From Sedimentisphaerales bacterium (GTDB taxonomy: Bacteria > Planctomycetota > Phycisphaerae > Sedimentisphaerales > Anaerobacaceae): DNA of 59,214 nt. This document shows positions 47,027 to 56,307 of the stretch, piece after piece. The stretch lies in assembly GCA_049287505.1 (NCBI GenBank), contig JBAQFY010000352.1:1-59214 (forward strand), written 5' to 3'. The translations under genes and the position numbers were made by a program. Under the pieces are notes generated by a model, which was not told where the DNA came from, made no database searches, and was given only the letters and a program-made list of their open reading frames with translations. The number at the start of each line of letters is the position of its first letter. Within the stretch, counting starts at the first letter, position 1.

Positions 47027-48301
47027 ATGCTTATTTCCACAACCAAACCACCTGCCGGCTCTGTCGGATTAAAAGAAGTCAATAAAGATTTTTGTGCTGC
47101 TTCAATCGGAGCAAAAGGGGTATATCCGAGAAGGCATTTTATTCCGAAACTCATTGAACCTTTCGATGATACCTCACAATGGGACACCGGTATACGCGTA
47201 ACTAAAGCTGCGGATACCGACAATTATTTATGCTCAGCATCAGCGACTCCACAGGCGATGAAGTGCGCAAAGCAAGCCGGAGGCACCTCATCGTTTACCA
47301 CCAAAACGATTACTGAAACCAATCTGGCTAATACTCTGGTTTATGTTCGATTCTATGTGCACGAAGGTAGTGGCTCCTCATCTTATGACAAAATTTCAGC
47401 GACCTATCTTGTTGTTGGTGACAGCACTTTTTCAAATTACCAGATGATGCTGCTTGCCGAGAGTGGGTATATAACGGGACCGGGCTGGTATGAGAGAATT
47501 ATTGCACCGAAGATGAGCAATATGGATGCCGGGACCTACCCGTTATGCTGGGAGCATGTTACAAAGCTTCGCGTTCGGGTTGATTCGGCAGGAAGCGATG
47601 ATACGCCAGCGATAACGTGGGATAAAATAATGTTCATTCCTCATTTGGCTCAACCCCAATATGCTATCACTCTGGATGACGGCTTTGATGACGATTATAA
47701 ATTTGCAGCTTATTTGAATGCAAAGGGGATTAGAGGTACATTCTTTATCATTCCATCGAAAATTGGAACGAGCGGTTATTTAACATTAGAACAGCTTCAT
47801 CAGATACATAATGCCGGTCATTTGATAGCTAACCATAGCTGGAGCCACAAATGTTTGAAGACGGATAATCTCACTGCCGCCGAATTTATAGAAGAGGTTA
47901 CAAAAGCAACGGACTGGATGTGTGCTAATGGTTTTTCAGACGGGGGAAGGATATTTGCGCTGCCGGGAGGAACTGCTAACTGGGAGGACGGATTTAACAG
48001 CATTTATGGAGAAAGATGGTTTGACCTGTTGCGGCTTTCGACAACCTGCCACGATATTGGCTTCTTTGACCCAACGATACAATGGATTAATTCATTTGAC
48101 GATACAACAACTGCGGAATCCCAAGTCAATAAAGTAATAGATGCGGGGACGATTGTGATTACAGGATGGCATTCTGTAAATGAAGGAACATCGTTTACGT
48201 GGACCAACTGGAAAACACATATCGACAATGTGGCGGCAAAACGAAATGCAGGAAATCTCGATGTGGTAACTATGGCAGACTTGTTAAGTATAGGAGTCTA
48301 A
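47027..48301 (+). CDS. phage tail/fibre protein with a C-terminal polysaccharide deacetylase (CE4/NodB) domain
   Basis: ITLDDGFDDDY (the D-D motif) and IANHSWSHK (H-x-x-x-x-H). The start is moved to ATG 47027 (gaggagg RBS, 2 nt after the preceding stop) from the ORF-track 46979. Confidence 0.7.
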   Translation: MLISTTKPPAGSVGLKEVNKDFCAASIGAKGVYPRRHFIPKLIEPFDDTSQWDTGIRVTKAADTDNYLCSASATPQAMKCAKQAGGTSSFTTKTITETNLANTLVYVRFYVHEGSGSSSYDKISATYLVVGDSTFSNYQMMLLAESGYITGPGWYERIIAPKMSNMDAGTYPLCWEHVTKLRVRVDSAGSDDTPAITWDKIMFIPHLAQPQYAITLDDGFDDDYKFAAYLNAKGIRGTFFIIPSKIGTSGYLTLEQLHQIHNAGHLIANHSWSHKCLKTDNLTAAEFIEEVTKATDWMCANGFSDGGRIFALPGGTANWEDGFNSIYGERWFDLLRLSTTCHDIGFFDPTIQWINSFDDTTTAESQVNKVIDAGTIVITGWHSVNEGTSFTWTNWKTHIDNVAAKRNAGNLDVVTMADLLSIGV

Positions 48302-48302
48302 G

Positions 48303-48758
48303 ATGGCGAACGAAATACATGTAGATTATGCCTCTGGCGATACACTTTATGCGATTGTTCGTAACGCTGCAGGAGAAGTCTGGTATGTTGGAGGACAAGT
48401 TTTTGAGGTCTGGGGGACAGGCAACCGTACTGCAGATGATTACGATATACCCCTTACAGATAAGGGTGGCCACAGATATGTGGGTAACGTTGATGGCAAT
48501 ATCCCTTCAGGTAGATATTCCATTCAAATATTCTTGCAGGCCGGCGCCAATCCTGCTGATAGTGATAACCTTGTTGGAGGTGGCGAAATTGTATGGTCCG
48601 GGGTAGGCGAAGTAACCAGTGACAAACTGCTTGCCAACAAGGCTGTCCAAAAAAAATCGACTGGAGAAATCAAATACTACGATGATGACGGGCAAACGGT
48701 CCTTCTGACTCACACCCCTATCGATGCTGAAGCGACTATCACAAGGACGTCGAGTTGA
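48303..48758 (+). CDS. phage structural protein, unknown function
   Basis: 151-aa ORF with RBS aggag. The ATG lies 1 nt after the preceding stop. Confidence 0.6.
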   Translation: MANEIHVDYASGDTLYAIVRNAAGEVWYVGGQVFEVWGTGNRTADDYDIPLTDKGGHRYVGNVDGNIPSGRYSIQIFLQAGANPADSDNLVGGGEIVWSGVGEVTSDKLLANKAVQKKSTGEIKYYDDDGQTVLLTHTPIDAEATITRTSS

Positions 48759-48788
48759 TGAAAACTATGAATATTGGGGAGATACAAA

Positions 48789-49214
48789 ATGGGTAGTTAT
48801 GCAGATTATTGGGAAAACGAGATTTTAGACCATCTTTTTGGCAAGGGTTTGTATAACGCCACGTTGGGATCTGGTGGAACTTACCCTGATGTTACGATTT
48901 ATGTGGGGCTGTCGACTGCAGAACCACTTGATGACAGTTCCGGATTAGCCGAGCCAAGTGGCAATGCTTATGCTCGAGTTTCGACTTCTGGTGCTGATTG
49001 GAACACTGCATCTGGCGGGACACTTGATAACGCCAATGATATTACTTTTCCAGAGGCCAACGGTAGCTGGGGGACGATAACTCACTTTGCCTTATTTGAC
49101 GCGGCGACAGGTGGTAATATGTTGGCCTCTGGGGCATTAAGTACATTTAAGACTATTGGCGGTGGGGATACAGCTAAATTTGCCGCGGGCGATTTAGATG
49201 TATCGTTAGATTAA
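48789..49214 (+). CDS. phage structural protein, unknown function
   Basis: I prefer ATG 48789 (MGSYADYWENEILDHLFGKG), which has GGGGAG 7 nt upstream. Confidence 0.6.
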   Translation: MGSYADYWENEILDHLFGKGLYNATLGSGGTYPDVTIYVGLSTAEPLDDSSGLAEPSGNAYARVSTSGADWNTASGGTLDNANDITFPEANGSWGTITHFALFDAATGGNMLASGALSTFKTIGGGDTAKFAAGDLDVSLD

Positions 49215-49267
49215 GTCCCAGCCGTTGAGCTCCGCAAAATGAAGTTGCGGTGAAAGGAGGTTAACTA

Positions 49268-49660
49268 ATGGCGACCATAAGCAAGAATTGGGCTTCGCAA
49301 AGCCAAATAGTAGGCTCTGGCGATGGTTATGTAACTTTATCGGGGACTACGGAGTCGTACTCTTCGGATGTAGATTTAGAAACAAATGGGTACGAAGGCG
49401 CTCACGTCATTGTAGAAATCAACTACGATGCTACTCCGACTGATGAGGTTAAGATTAAACTATACGGCTCTCTCGATGGTACTAACTATGATGATACACC
49501 TATCTGGGAGATGCAGGGGGATAAAAGCGTTGACCCACAGCAGTTAAGCTTCATTATCAAAGACCTTGCGCACTTCAGAATTGGCGTGCAACAGACAGGT
49601 TCAACAAACAGCCACGATGTCCGTGCCTATGTCCAACTGTGGAACTATATATCCTCATAG
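49268..49660 (+). CDS. phage structural protein, unknown function
   Basis: 130-aa ORF with RBS aaaggagg. Confidence 0.6.
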   Translation: MATISKNWASQSQIVGSGDGYVTLSGTTESYSSDVDLETNGYEGAHVIVEINYDATPTDEVKIKLYGSLDGTNYDDTPIWEMQGDKSVDPQQLSFIIKDLAHFRIGVQQTGSTNSHDVRAYVQLWNYISS

Positions 49661-49678
49661 AACAGAAGGAGATTAAAA

Positions 49679-50017
49679 ATGGCACACGTGCACGTAAGGG
49701 AAATAGGTGTAGTTACAAACGGCAGAGGCAAGGTCAATTTGATTTTTCATATTCCCATAAACAGTCCTGTTATGGGAATTGTTCCTACGCCAACCAGCTC
49801 AATTGAATCGGAGCTTGAAGCGGGCGAAATAAGCGCGTTGGCCGCCGGTACTGTGGTGGAGCTCTCAAAGACCATTATTGCATTGGAAACACAAGCAACT
49901 GTTGACATTGTAACTGCAATAAAGGCCAGTTGGCGATGTGTAAAATCCACATATAACGCCAGTTACAATTTCAAATACAAGCACTATGGGCAAACAATAG
50001 TAGATGCCACAACTTAA
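49679..50017 (+). CDS. phage structural protein, unknown function
   Basis: 112-aa ORF with RBS gaaggag. Confidence 0.55.
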   Translation: MAHVHVREIGVVTNGRGKVNLIFHIPINSPVMGIVPTPTSSIESELEAGEISALAAGTVVELSKTIIALETQATVDIVTAIKASWRCVKSTYNASYNFKYKHYGQTIVDATT

Positions 50018-51542
50018 ACCCACAAGAGGAATTTGCTTAAATAGAAGCCATCCCCTCAGTAGAGGCCTTGTCGGTCTCTGGCTTTTCAATGAAGGCTCAG
50101 GCAATAAAGTCTTTGACTTGAGCGGGAATGGGAATACAGGGACATTTGCTGGCAATACTGTTTGGGTTCCAGGTAAGTTTGGCTCTGCATTGAGTTTTGA
50201 TGGCACTACCGATTATGTTGGTGTCGGTTCAAATTCCATATTGATTCTGTCCGGTAGTAATTTATCAATAGTTGCAAGTATTAAAACAAGTGATATTGGC
50301 AATCGGCTGATATTTGGTGCTTATCAACCCAGCAATCCTTATTCTGGTTATGCCTTTCGTATAAATGCTTCAAAATTGGGATATTTTTCATCTGCTTTTG
50401 GTTCTTGGGTAGAAGCCAATAGTAGTTATGCTGATGGGGTTCAACATATCGTTGCATTTTCCTTGAATGGAACAAGTTGCAGTTTTTATCGTGATGGTGT
50501 TTTTGATGGAACTCAAACTTCCGCTGCCCCTGCTTCATATACTGGGAATAAGGCCATAGGCGCAAGAAATGATGGGAATTATAGCTTTTTAGGCACTATT
50601 GATTTTATAATGATTTTCAATCGCGTCTTATCCGCTTCTGAAATCGCCCAACTCTACCGAGAGCCGTTTTGTATGTTTGAGGAAGCGATGAGGCCGAAGT
50701 TGATAAGTGGCCAAATCGTCAATCTTGCGGGCAGTTCCGTGGCTTTGTCGTATTCAAGTGCAACAGCAAAAGCAATGCGAAAAGTCGGTGGAGATGTAGC
50801 AGGTACCTCTGATATCACGGCATTACTAAATTTGATTCGCAGCTTACTAAACATAGAAAGGAATTGGTTAAGAGAAGCGCTCTTTAATGGAATGACTGCT
50901 AATGCTTATAAGCTTGGTACGACCTTGAGTTTGGGTTGGTTCTGGGTTCGTGTTGCCGGCTGCTCTGTGCTCTACCGCGGCTCTGATATGGATGAAATAG
51001 ATTTTGTGAATATATTGGCTGTTGCTGAGCAGGATGCTTGCGATATCTCACCGCCCAGCTACATCCCGCACAACTGTAGTTCGGCCTATTTTTATGTTAT
51101 CCGTCGGTTCAACAATTGTGGCTATCAGGAACGTACCTTAGCTGCTTCGGTGAAGGTTTCAATAGAATCAAACGGTAATCTGGCGGAGCCGCAACCGAAT
51201 AATATTTCCGGTTCAAAAGTCGAACAAGTAGACGGCAACAAAATACAGCTTGTCTGGTTCTATTGCCCCCTCGAACAAAAGTCGCAGCCGATGTGTTTCA
51301 ATGTTTATTATGATGGTCGGACAGGGCAAATCGACTATGAAAACCCTCTTGCTTCAATCGGTTATAAGGGGCGAAAGTTTTACGGCTACAAATATGGAGC
51401 ACTCGAAGCAGGCAGGTACTTGTTTGCTATAAGGACCGAAGACGCCGGCGGTATAGAAAGTAGTTCTTTAGCGCGGCTGAGAATCCAATTCGACACCACA
51501 AATCCCAACGAGATTGATATTTTAAGTGATGAAGCTGTTTAA
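50004..51542 (+). CDS. LamG/concanavalin-A-like lectin-domain tail fibre (receptor-binding candidate)
   Basis: LVGLWLFNEGSGNKVFDLSGNGNTGTFAGNTVWVPGKFGSALSFDGTTDYVGV and IFNRVLSASEIAQLY are the classic Laminin_G_3 pattern. Confidence 0.7.
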   Translation: MPQLKPTRGICLNRSHPLSRGLVGLWLFNEGSGNKVFDLSGNGNTGTFAGNTVWVPGKFGSALSFDGTTDYVGVGSNSILILSGSNLSIVASIKTSDIGNRLIFGAYQPSNPYSGYAFRINASKLGYFSSAFGSWVEANSSYADGVQHIVAFSLNGTSCSFYRDGVFDGTQTSAAPASYTGNKAIGARNDGNYSFLGTIDFIMIFNRVLSASEIAQLYREPFCMFEEAMRPKLISGQIVNLAGSSVALSYSSATAKAMRKVGGDVAGTSDITALLNLIRSLLNIERNWLREALFNGMTANAYKLGTTLSLGWFWVRVAGCSVLYRGSDMDEIDFVNILAVAEQDACDISPPSYIPHNCSSAYFYVIRRFNNCGYQERTLAASVKVSIESNGNLAEPQPNNISGSKVEQVDGNKIQLVWFYCPLEQKSQPMCFNVYYDGRTGQIDYENPLASIGYKGRKFYGYKYGALEAGRYLFAIRTEDAGGIESSSLARLRIQFDTTNPNEIDILSDEAV

Positions 51543-51557
51543 CAAAAGAATTCCAAT

Positions 51558-51629
51558 GTCGCCCTGAGCGCAGCGAAGGGTCTCCTCCTTACCTGAAAGC
51601 AAGAGATTCTTCGCTCCACTCAGAATGAC
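51558..51629. repeat. inverted pair of GTCNNNCTGAG...GAAGNNTCTC units (same family as the 37.3-37.9 kb repeats) inside the tail module
   Basis: gtcgccctgagcgcagcgaagggtctc (51558-51584), an 18-nt spacer, then gagattcttcgctccactcagaatgac (51603-51629). 20/27 positions are complementary by hand count. Confidence 0.8.
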
Positions 51630-53481
51630 AGATTGTTTTACAGGCGTTTTAATGTCTAACAGAATCGACTTTTTCCAATCAGGACAAACACGACTGGCAC
51701 TTCCGGCCGCTTCTGTTTCAATTTTGGTCGATGGGACGTTGTGTCCGGTGCTGGAGCCAATAGAGATTATACACAGTGACTGGCCGGAATTTAGCTGGGC
51801 CAGACTAGCTTACAATCCTGCTGCGTACCAAAGCGCTGGTTTAACCGCTGTCGAAGAAGTCGAGGCTTTATTTGCTATGGGAAAGACCGTTTGCATCCGG
51901 CAATATTTTAATGGTGTCCCGCCGGACGCAGCAGCTTTTAGTTTCCCAATCTTTTGCGGTCAGATAGAAAGCATCAATACAAAGTTAGCGCCCGACGGAG
52001 AAAAGGCTGAAGTAGTAGCAAGAGATTTCAGTGCAAATTTAAAGCGAGTTACAGTCTATGGCCAGCGTCTGGCAGAGGCAAGCAATTCCAGTGTGTTACT
52101 AGCCGGCCTCGATACAACGTTTAATCCCGATGGTAAGGCCAATGCCAATCCGGAACCAATACAAGTTAACGGCAAAAGCTATACGACCTTTTGTGCTGAA
52201 CCATCGCAAGGCAAATTCTGGAGCTATGCAGAGGTAATTGATTATCTGCTTTGTGAATATTTGACGGTCGGCCAATTACAAACGCCGGGCATAAGTCGAC
52301 TGAGGATGTTGACCGAGGACCAGGTAGTCCGTGACCTTGATGTCACGGGATTAAATCTGATAGAGGCCCTGCACCGATGCTGTGAGAGGATAGGTCTGAG
52401 ATTCAAATTCGTCCCTCGACCTGTGCCAACCGGGACTGACCAGGCAATTGTGTTTTATAAGGCCGGCACAGGCAGAGCTGTTGAGTTGAATTGCCAGCAA
52501 ACCGGCGAGCAGTTTAGCATCTCAAAGACGAACATCGCAAGCTTGCGCAGCAGGAAGAATTTTTGGCCAATAACACACAAATATATCGGCCAGGGCGAAT
52601 TCAAAATTGTAGAAGCGACTTTCGATTTGGTAAAAGCCTGGGATGGCAGCCTTGAGGACATTAACTATGACAAATTCTCGCCTTCGACTAATCCTGATTT
52701 TTATCAGGTAAAAGATGTATATCGCAAATGGTGCCTTAACGAAGCAGGAGATTACAGTGGTGCTCCATACAATCGGGGTGATGCGTTTGACTTTTCCAAA
52801 ATTTTTAGCAGCAGTAATTATGCTTGCCGCCGCAGGCGTTTTCGGCCCACTTTGACAACCGACAAACAGGGAAAGTCATTAGGTTATTTCCTGCAGGTAT
52901 CGTTCGATGACGGCTTGCACTGGTGGCAGTACCTTCATGCTTTTAATATCTTGCTCGATGAGTGCGGACTGTGGCTCAGTAGTGACCAGCTCGATGTTGA
53001 TACATGGGTAGCGACACTGAAAGGAGTGTTGAAATTCAGAATAACCGCCTCGGTAATCAGCGACGAGAGATTAACTTGTACAGTTTCCGACGGGCCTGTC
53101 AATTCGACGGTTCCCGTAGTTGAGCACATTATTACACTACCCCGTCAGTTCAAATATCGCAAGGTTACCAGCCAAAGTATCTTTGCAAATTCATTTGATG
53201 ATGCGATAGGCTGTCCTGATGAGGTCGATGATTCCGATGCCCTTTATGAGTTCGTCCGACACAGGGCAACGGCTTCGTCCGAGACCATCGAGACCATCGA
53301 TATAAAGACGCCATTTTTAGCATTTGATTACAGGGTCGGTGACAGAGTCAGCACAAGTCCTGAGAGCAGGGACCTGCTGGCCTGCAGGAGTGATAACCGA
53401 AGTAGAAACTGGGTAGAGCGGGTACAGATGGATTTTGAAAAGCAGCGTACGAATTTGAAAATCGTTCGACAAAGGGGCTGA
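51625..53481 (+). CDS. large phage tail/baseplate-region protein, unknown function
   Basis: 618-aa ORF. ATG 51625 lies inside the repeat element, so ATG 51652 (MSNRIDFFQ) is an equally plausible start. Confidence 0.6.
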   Translation: MTDCFTGVLMSNRIDFFQSGQTRLALPAASVSILVDGTLCPVLEPIEIIHSDWPEFSWARLAYNPAAYQSAGLTAVEEVEALFAMGKTVCIRQYFNGVPPDAAAFSFPIFCGQIESINTKLAPDGEKAEVVARDFSANLKRVTVYGQRLAEASNSSVLLAGLDTTFNPDGKANANPEPIQVNGKSYTTFCAEPSQGKFWSYAEVIDYLLCEYLTVGQLQTPGISRLRMLTEDQVVRDLDVTGLNLIEALHRCCERIGLRFKFVPRPVPTGTDQAIVFYKAGTGRAVELNCQQTGEQFSISKTNIASLRSRKNFWPITHKYIGQGEFKIVEATFDLVKAWDGSLEDINYDKFSPSTNPDFYQVKDVYRKWCLNEAGDYSGAPYNRGDAFDFSKIFSSSNYACRRRRFRPTLTTDKQGKSLGYFLQVSFDDGLHWWQYLHAFNILLDECGLWLSSDQLDVDTWVATLKGVLKFRITASVISDERLTCTVSDGPVNSTVPVVEHIITLPRQFKYRKVTSQSIFANSFDDAIGCPDEVDDSDALYEFVRHRATASSETIETIDIKTPFLAFDYRVGDRVSTSPESRDLLACRSDNRSRNWVERVQMDFEKQRTNLKIVRQRG

Positions 53482-53486
53482 GAGTT

Positions 53487-53822
53487 ATGGACAGTGGAGC
53501 AAGTATTGTGGATGGTCAACAGATACTGGAAAGACTTGCCCGGAAAGGCTCCGAGCAGGCACAGGAAGTATCCGTTGTCACTTCACCAGGTGCCAGAACG
53601 GCTGCATGGGCTGTTAAAGTCAAAAGCAATTCTTCATACAATGTCTATAACGTTGTCGCAGTAGTAATTGGCGATGCTGGCTCGCTGCCGGTTGAAATAG
53701 GCGGGCAGACTCAGGCGGTCAATTTAGCTGAATCGTTTCAGCAACAGGGAACGCTGTCGGCAGGGATGTATGCAGTAATGTTTAAAGTAGGCGATAAGAA
53801 CGTATTCTACGTTAAACCGTGA
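53487..53822 (+). CDS. phage protein, unknown function
   Basis: 111-aa ORF directly after the preceding gene. Confidence 0.5.
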   Translation: MDSGASIVDGQQILERLARKGSEQAQEVSVVTSPGARTAAWAVKVKSNSSYNVYNVVAVVIGDAGSLPVEIGGQTQAVNLAESFQQQGTLSAGMYAVMFKVGDKNVFYVKP

Positions 53823-53863
53823 GCCGAGCGGCGAGTTACAAACTATCGAATGCGAGGCAAGTG

Positions 53864-54145
53864 ATGGCTGAGGGAAATTCCAAATCGTGGCAGTTTAATC
53901 GGCAGATAAATGTTTCTGTACTGGTTCAGTTGGTACTTTTGGCCTCTCTGATTGTGGGTAGTTGGGTCAATTTGCAGAGACAGCTTGATATGTTACAACG
54001 TGACGTGAATATGCTGCTGCAATGCCAAAAGAATTTTGAGCAAAAGCTCGAATCGCTCTGGAGCAAAAGCATTTCGTACGAATACCGCCTACGGGCGCTC
54101 GAAAAAGACATATCCAAGACCGACATAGCTGATGAAGCCTTTTAA
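53864..54145 (+). CDS. small membrane protein with an N-terminal TM helix and coiled coil (holin/i-spanin-like candidate)
   Basis: VSVLVQLVLLASLIVGSWV, then a heptad-rich tail. I prefer ATG 53864 (gagg RBS) to GTG 53819. Confidence 0.4.
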   Translation: MAEGNSKSWQFNRQINVSVLVQLVLLASLIVGSWVNLQRQLDMLQRDVNMLLQCQKNFEQKLESLWSKSISYEYRLRALEKDISKTDIADEAF

Positions 54146-54217
54146 GTCTGGCAAAATAAAATCAAGCAGTATCGTTTTTAGCCGAGGAATAAAAACATAT
54201 CTTTGTGGTATATACTT

Positions 54218-55114
54218 ATGAACAGAACTTTAAGGAAATCGGTGCTTCAAGAATTACGCCCAGACGGAATATGGCAACTAAGTGATCCTATGAAATTGAT
54301 ACTGAGCCGTCTGATATCTCGCTTGCCTAAGAGTAAAGTTTCGGAAGATGAAACACGTTATCCACAAAGTCCAGCAGGAATGAGGGCCTTTTTGGTAAAA
54401 TTTTTCACTAGGCACTATGTCCAAACCCAAAATAGTTTGGTCAATTATATGACCTCGCAAGATTTTCTTGAGACCATCGGAACCGGACATTTACGAATTC
54501 TTGATATAGGTTCCGGACCTGCAGTATCTTCTTTAGCAATTACCGACATGCTTATCTATATCCTTCAACACCTTGTAGAAATGGAAGAATGGCCAAAAAA
54601 TAAAACAGTTAAAGTTAACTATGTGCTGAATGATACTTCCAGAATTTGTCTTGGAACGGGAAAACGTATGCTGATTAACCATTTTAACATTGGTAGGAGG
54701 TATAACGGAAATGTTATTCACGGCCAGACGATTAGCATCCAGAAAGCTTTTCCTGATAATATAAACCAACTTCGGCGGATAAGATTTAATTGGGGTGCAT
54801 ACGATATAGTAATTTTTTCTTATGTTGTCCAGCCTCTAATTGAAGATAAAGGCGTGAGGGCTCTTGTCCAGGGATTATCAGATATTGAGCAGCTTTGCAA
54901 CGATAGCGGAAGAATTTTGATTCTGCAAGACAAGTTTCAAACGGCACTCGTAGGGCAAATTAGTGGAGCGATAGGTATTTCAAGGCACGAAGATGAACTG
55001 ACACAACAAGTTTTTCCCAAAAGAAATACGAGCGGAACTTATACCTATTCGTATTATAGTTGTTTGTATTCACCCGCTACGGTAGTAAAAGCCAAAAAAG
55101 AATGCGTTGCATGA
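54218..55114 (+). CDS. class I SAM-dependent methyltransferase-like protein
   Basis: Motif I LRILDIGSGPAVSS and post-I/motif II-like YDIVIFSYVV. AT-rich. I prefer the ATG at 54218 to the TTG at 54203. Confidence 0.5.
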   Translation: MNRTLRKSVLQELRPDGIWQLSDPMKLILSRLISRLPKSKVSEDETRYPQSPAGMRAFLVKFFTRHYVQTQNSLVNYMTSQDFLETIGTGHLRILDIGSGPAVSSLAITDMLIYILQHLVEMEEWPKNKTVKVNYVLNDTSRICLGTGKRMLINHFNIGRRYNGNVIHGQTISIQKAFPDNINQLRRIRFNWGAYDIVIFSYVVQPLIEDKGVRALVQGLSDIEQLCNDSGRILILQDKFQTALVGQISGAIGISRHEDELTQQVFPKRNTSGTYTYSYYSCLYSPATVVKAKKECVA

Positions 55115-55116
55115 TT

Positions 55117-56211
55117 TTACCATACTACACAATTGCATTTTTTGGGTTTGCAGCGGTCTTCGAAAACATCCCAGATTTCAGGCGTTTCCCTGCAAAGGCC
55201 AATAGAGACATCCCTGTCGAAGCTACGAATGGTATCGATTAAGAAATTATAGAATTCGACACGTTGTTTCGGTTTATAACGAAGCTTACCATCTGAAGCT
55301 CCTTTGACAAATTTATAATCCCATAGCCTTCGAGCACGGTTGCCATACGTGTCTGCGGCGAGGCAAAAATGGCCGGGCAGAAGCCTTAACATACCAAGTG
55401 TTATGTTTTCTGGTCTAATGAGAGTTAATGTCTTCCGAATTGAATCGGCATATCCAGCCTGCCAGTTTGGGTAGATAATGCCGGGGTCAATGCGAATCCT
55501 GATTCGATAGCCGTGGTCCTGGCACTGTTTGGCCGCCTTGATGCGCTCGTCAAGGTCGGCTGTGCCTAATTCATATGTCTCGATTATCTGTTGGCTGTTC
55601 AAGCTCCAGGAAATAATTGTCTGTTCATTAGGGTCGATAGACAGCAAGTTATTGATATTATTACTTTTGGTTAGCAGCATTAAAAAGCCGCTGGTGAAAA
55701 CGGAAAAAAATGGAATTAACATTGTTGTAAGATTGGTTATGTGGTCAAGCGCAAGACTATCGAGCATTTCGCCCATATTGAAACTAATTTTGCCTTGAGA
55801 ATGGGCCAAGGTTTTTTGTATTTGCCTGAACATCGTGTCGTAATTGATGTTGATTTTAATGAAAGGGGCATATTTGCGATAGACAAATGCCAGATAGCAA
55901 TATGTGCAGTAATAGGGACAGCCATTCGAGACAGGAACCAATTTGTAGTAAGGACAGCAACGAACACTCGAGCCAAGCTGACCATCGAAACGTCCTACAA
56001 AAGATGAAGTTTGGCCTATCATCAAAGTTCTTTTGCCAGCTAGCAATGCTTGAGCTGGTGACATATTTAGCGAAGGGGGTTTTCTCTGTTGCTTTATTAC
56101 CTGGACGTTAGCTGATGGAAACAATTCCAAAATTCGCTGGGCCTCAGGATTCTGGACCACTTTTTGCCATAATAATATAGTTCTGGGTCTGAATGTTTTC
56201 GCTGTGTCCAT
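55117..56211 (-). CDS. SPL-family (spore-photoproduct-lyase-like, COG1533) radical SAM protein
   Basis: CPYYCTYCYL is a CX3CX2C cluster. By-eye collinearity with B. subtilis SplB: RTLMIGQTSSF / STLVIGVRKTLKF, FNMGEMLDSLALDH / FEASCTSDIVGIDH, LTKSNNINNLL / VTKFHHVDHLL, LDERIKAAKQCQDHGY / LDKRIEAAVKVAKAGY. Confidence 0.75.
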   Translation of the reverse strand: MDTAKTFRPRTILLWQKVVQNPEAQRILELFPSANVQVIKQQRKPPSLNMSPAQALLAGKRTLMIGQTSSFVGRFDGQLGSSVRCCPYYKLVPVSNGCPYYCTYCYLAFVYRKYAPFIKININYDTMFRQIQKTLAHSQGKISFNMGEMLDSLALDHITNLTTMLIPFFSVFTSGFLMLLTKSNNINNLLSIDPNEQTIISWSLNSQQIIETYELGTADLDERIKAAKQCQDHGYRIRIRIDPGIIYPNWQAGYADSIRKTLTLIRPENITLGMLRLLPGHFCLAADTYGNRARRLWDYKFVKGASDGKLRYKPKQRVEFYNFLIDTIRSFDRDVSIGLCRETPEIWDVFEDRCKPKKCNCVVW

Positions 56212-56307
56212 AGCTAAATTCTGTATGCCGAGTTTAGAATTTTTTCCCTTTCAGGGAGCAGTATTATACCGGAAAAACATAAACCTCATCCAAAATTAAG
56301 GAGAGAA

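Noticed and set aside
50004-53481. A diversity-generating retroelement targeting the LamG or tail-fibre C-termini.
   Set aside because: There is no reverse transcriptase ORF anywhere in the window. I could find no template/variable repeat pair with A-specific differences.
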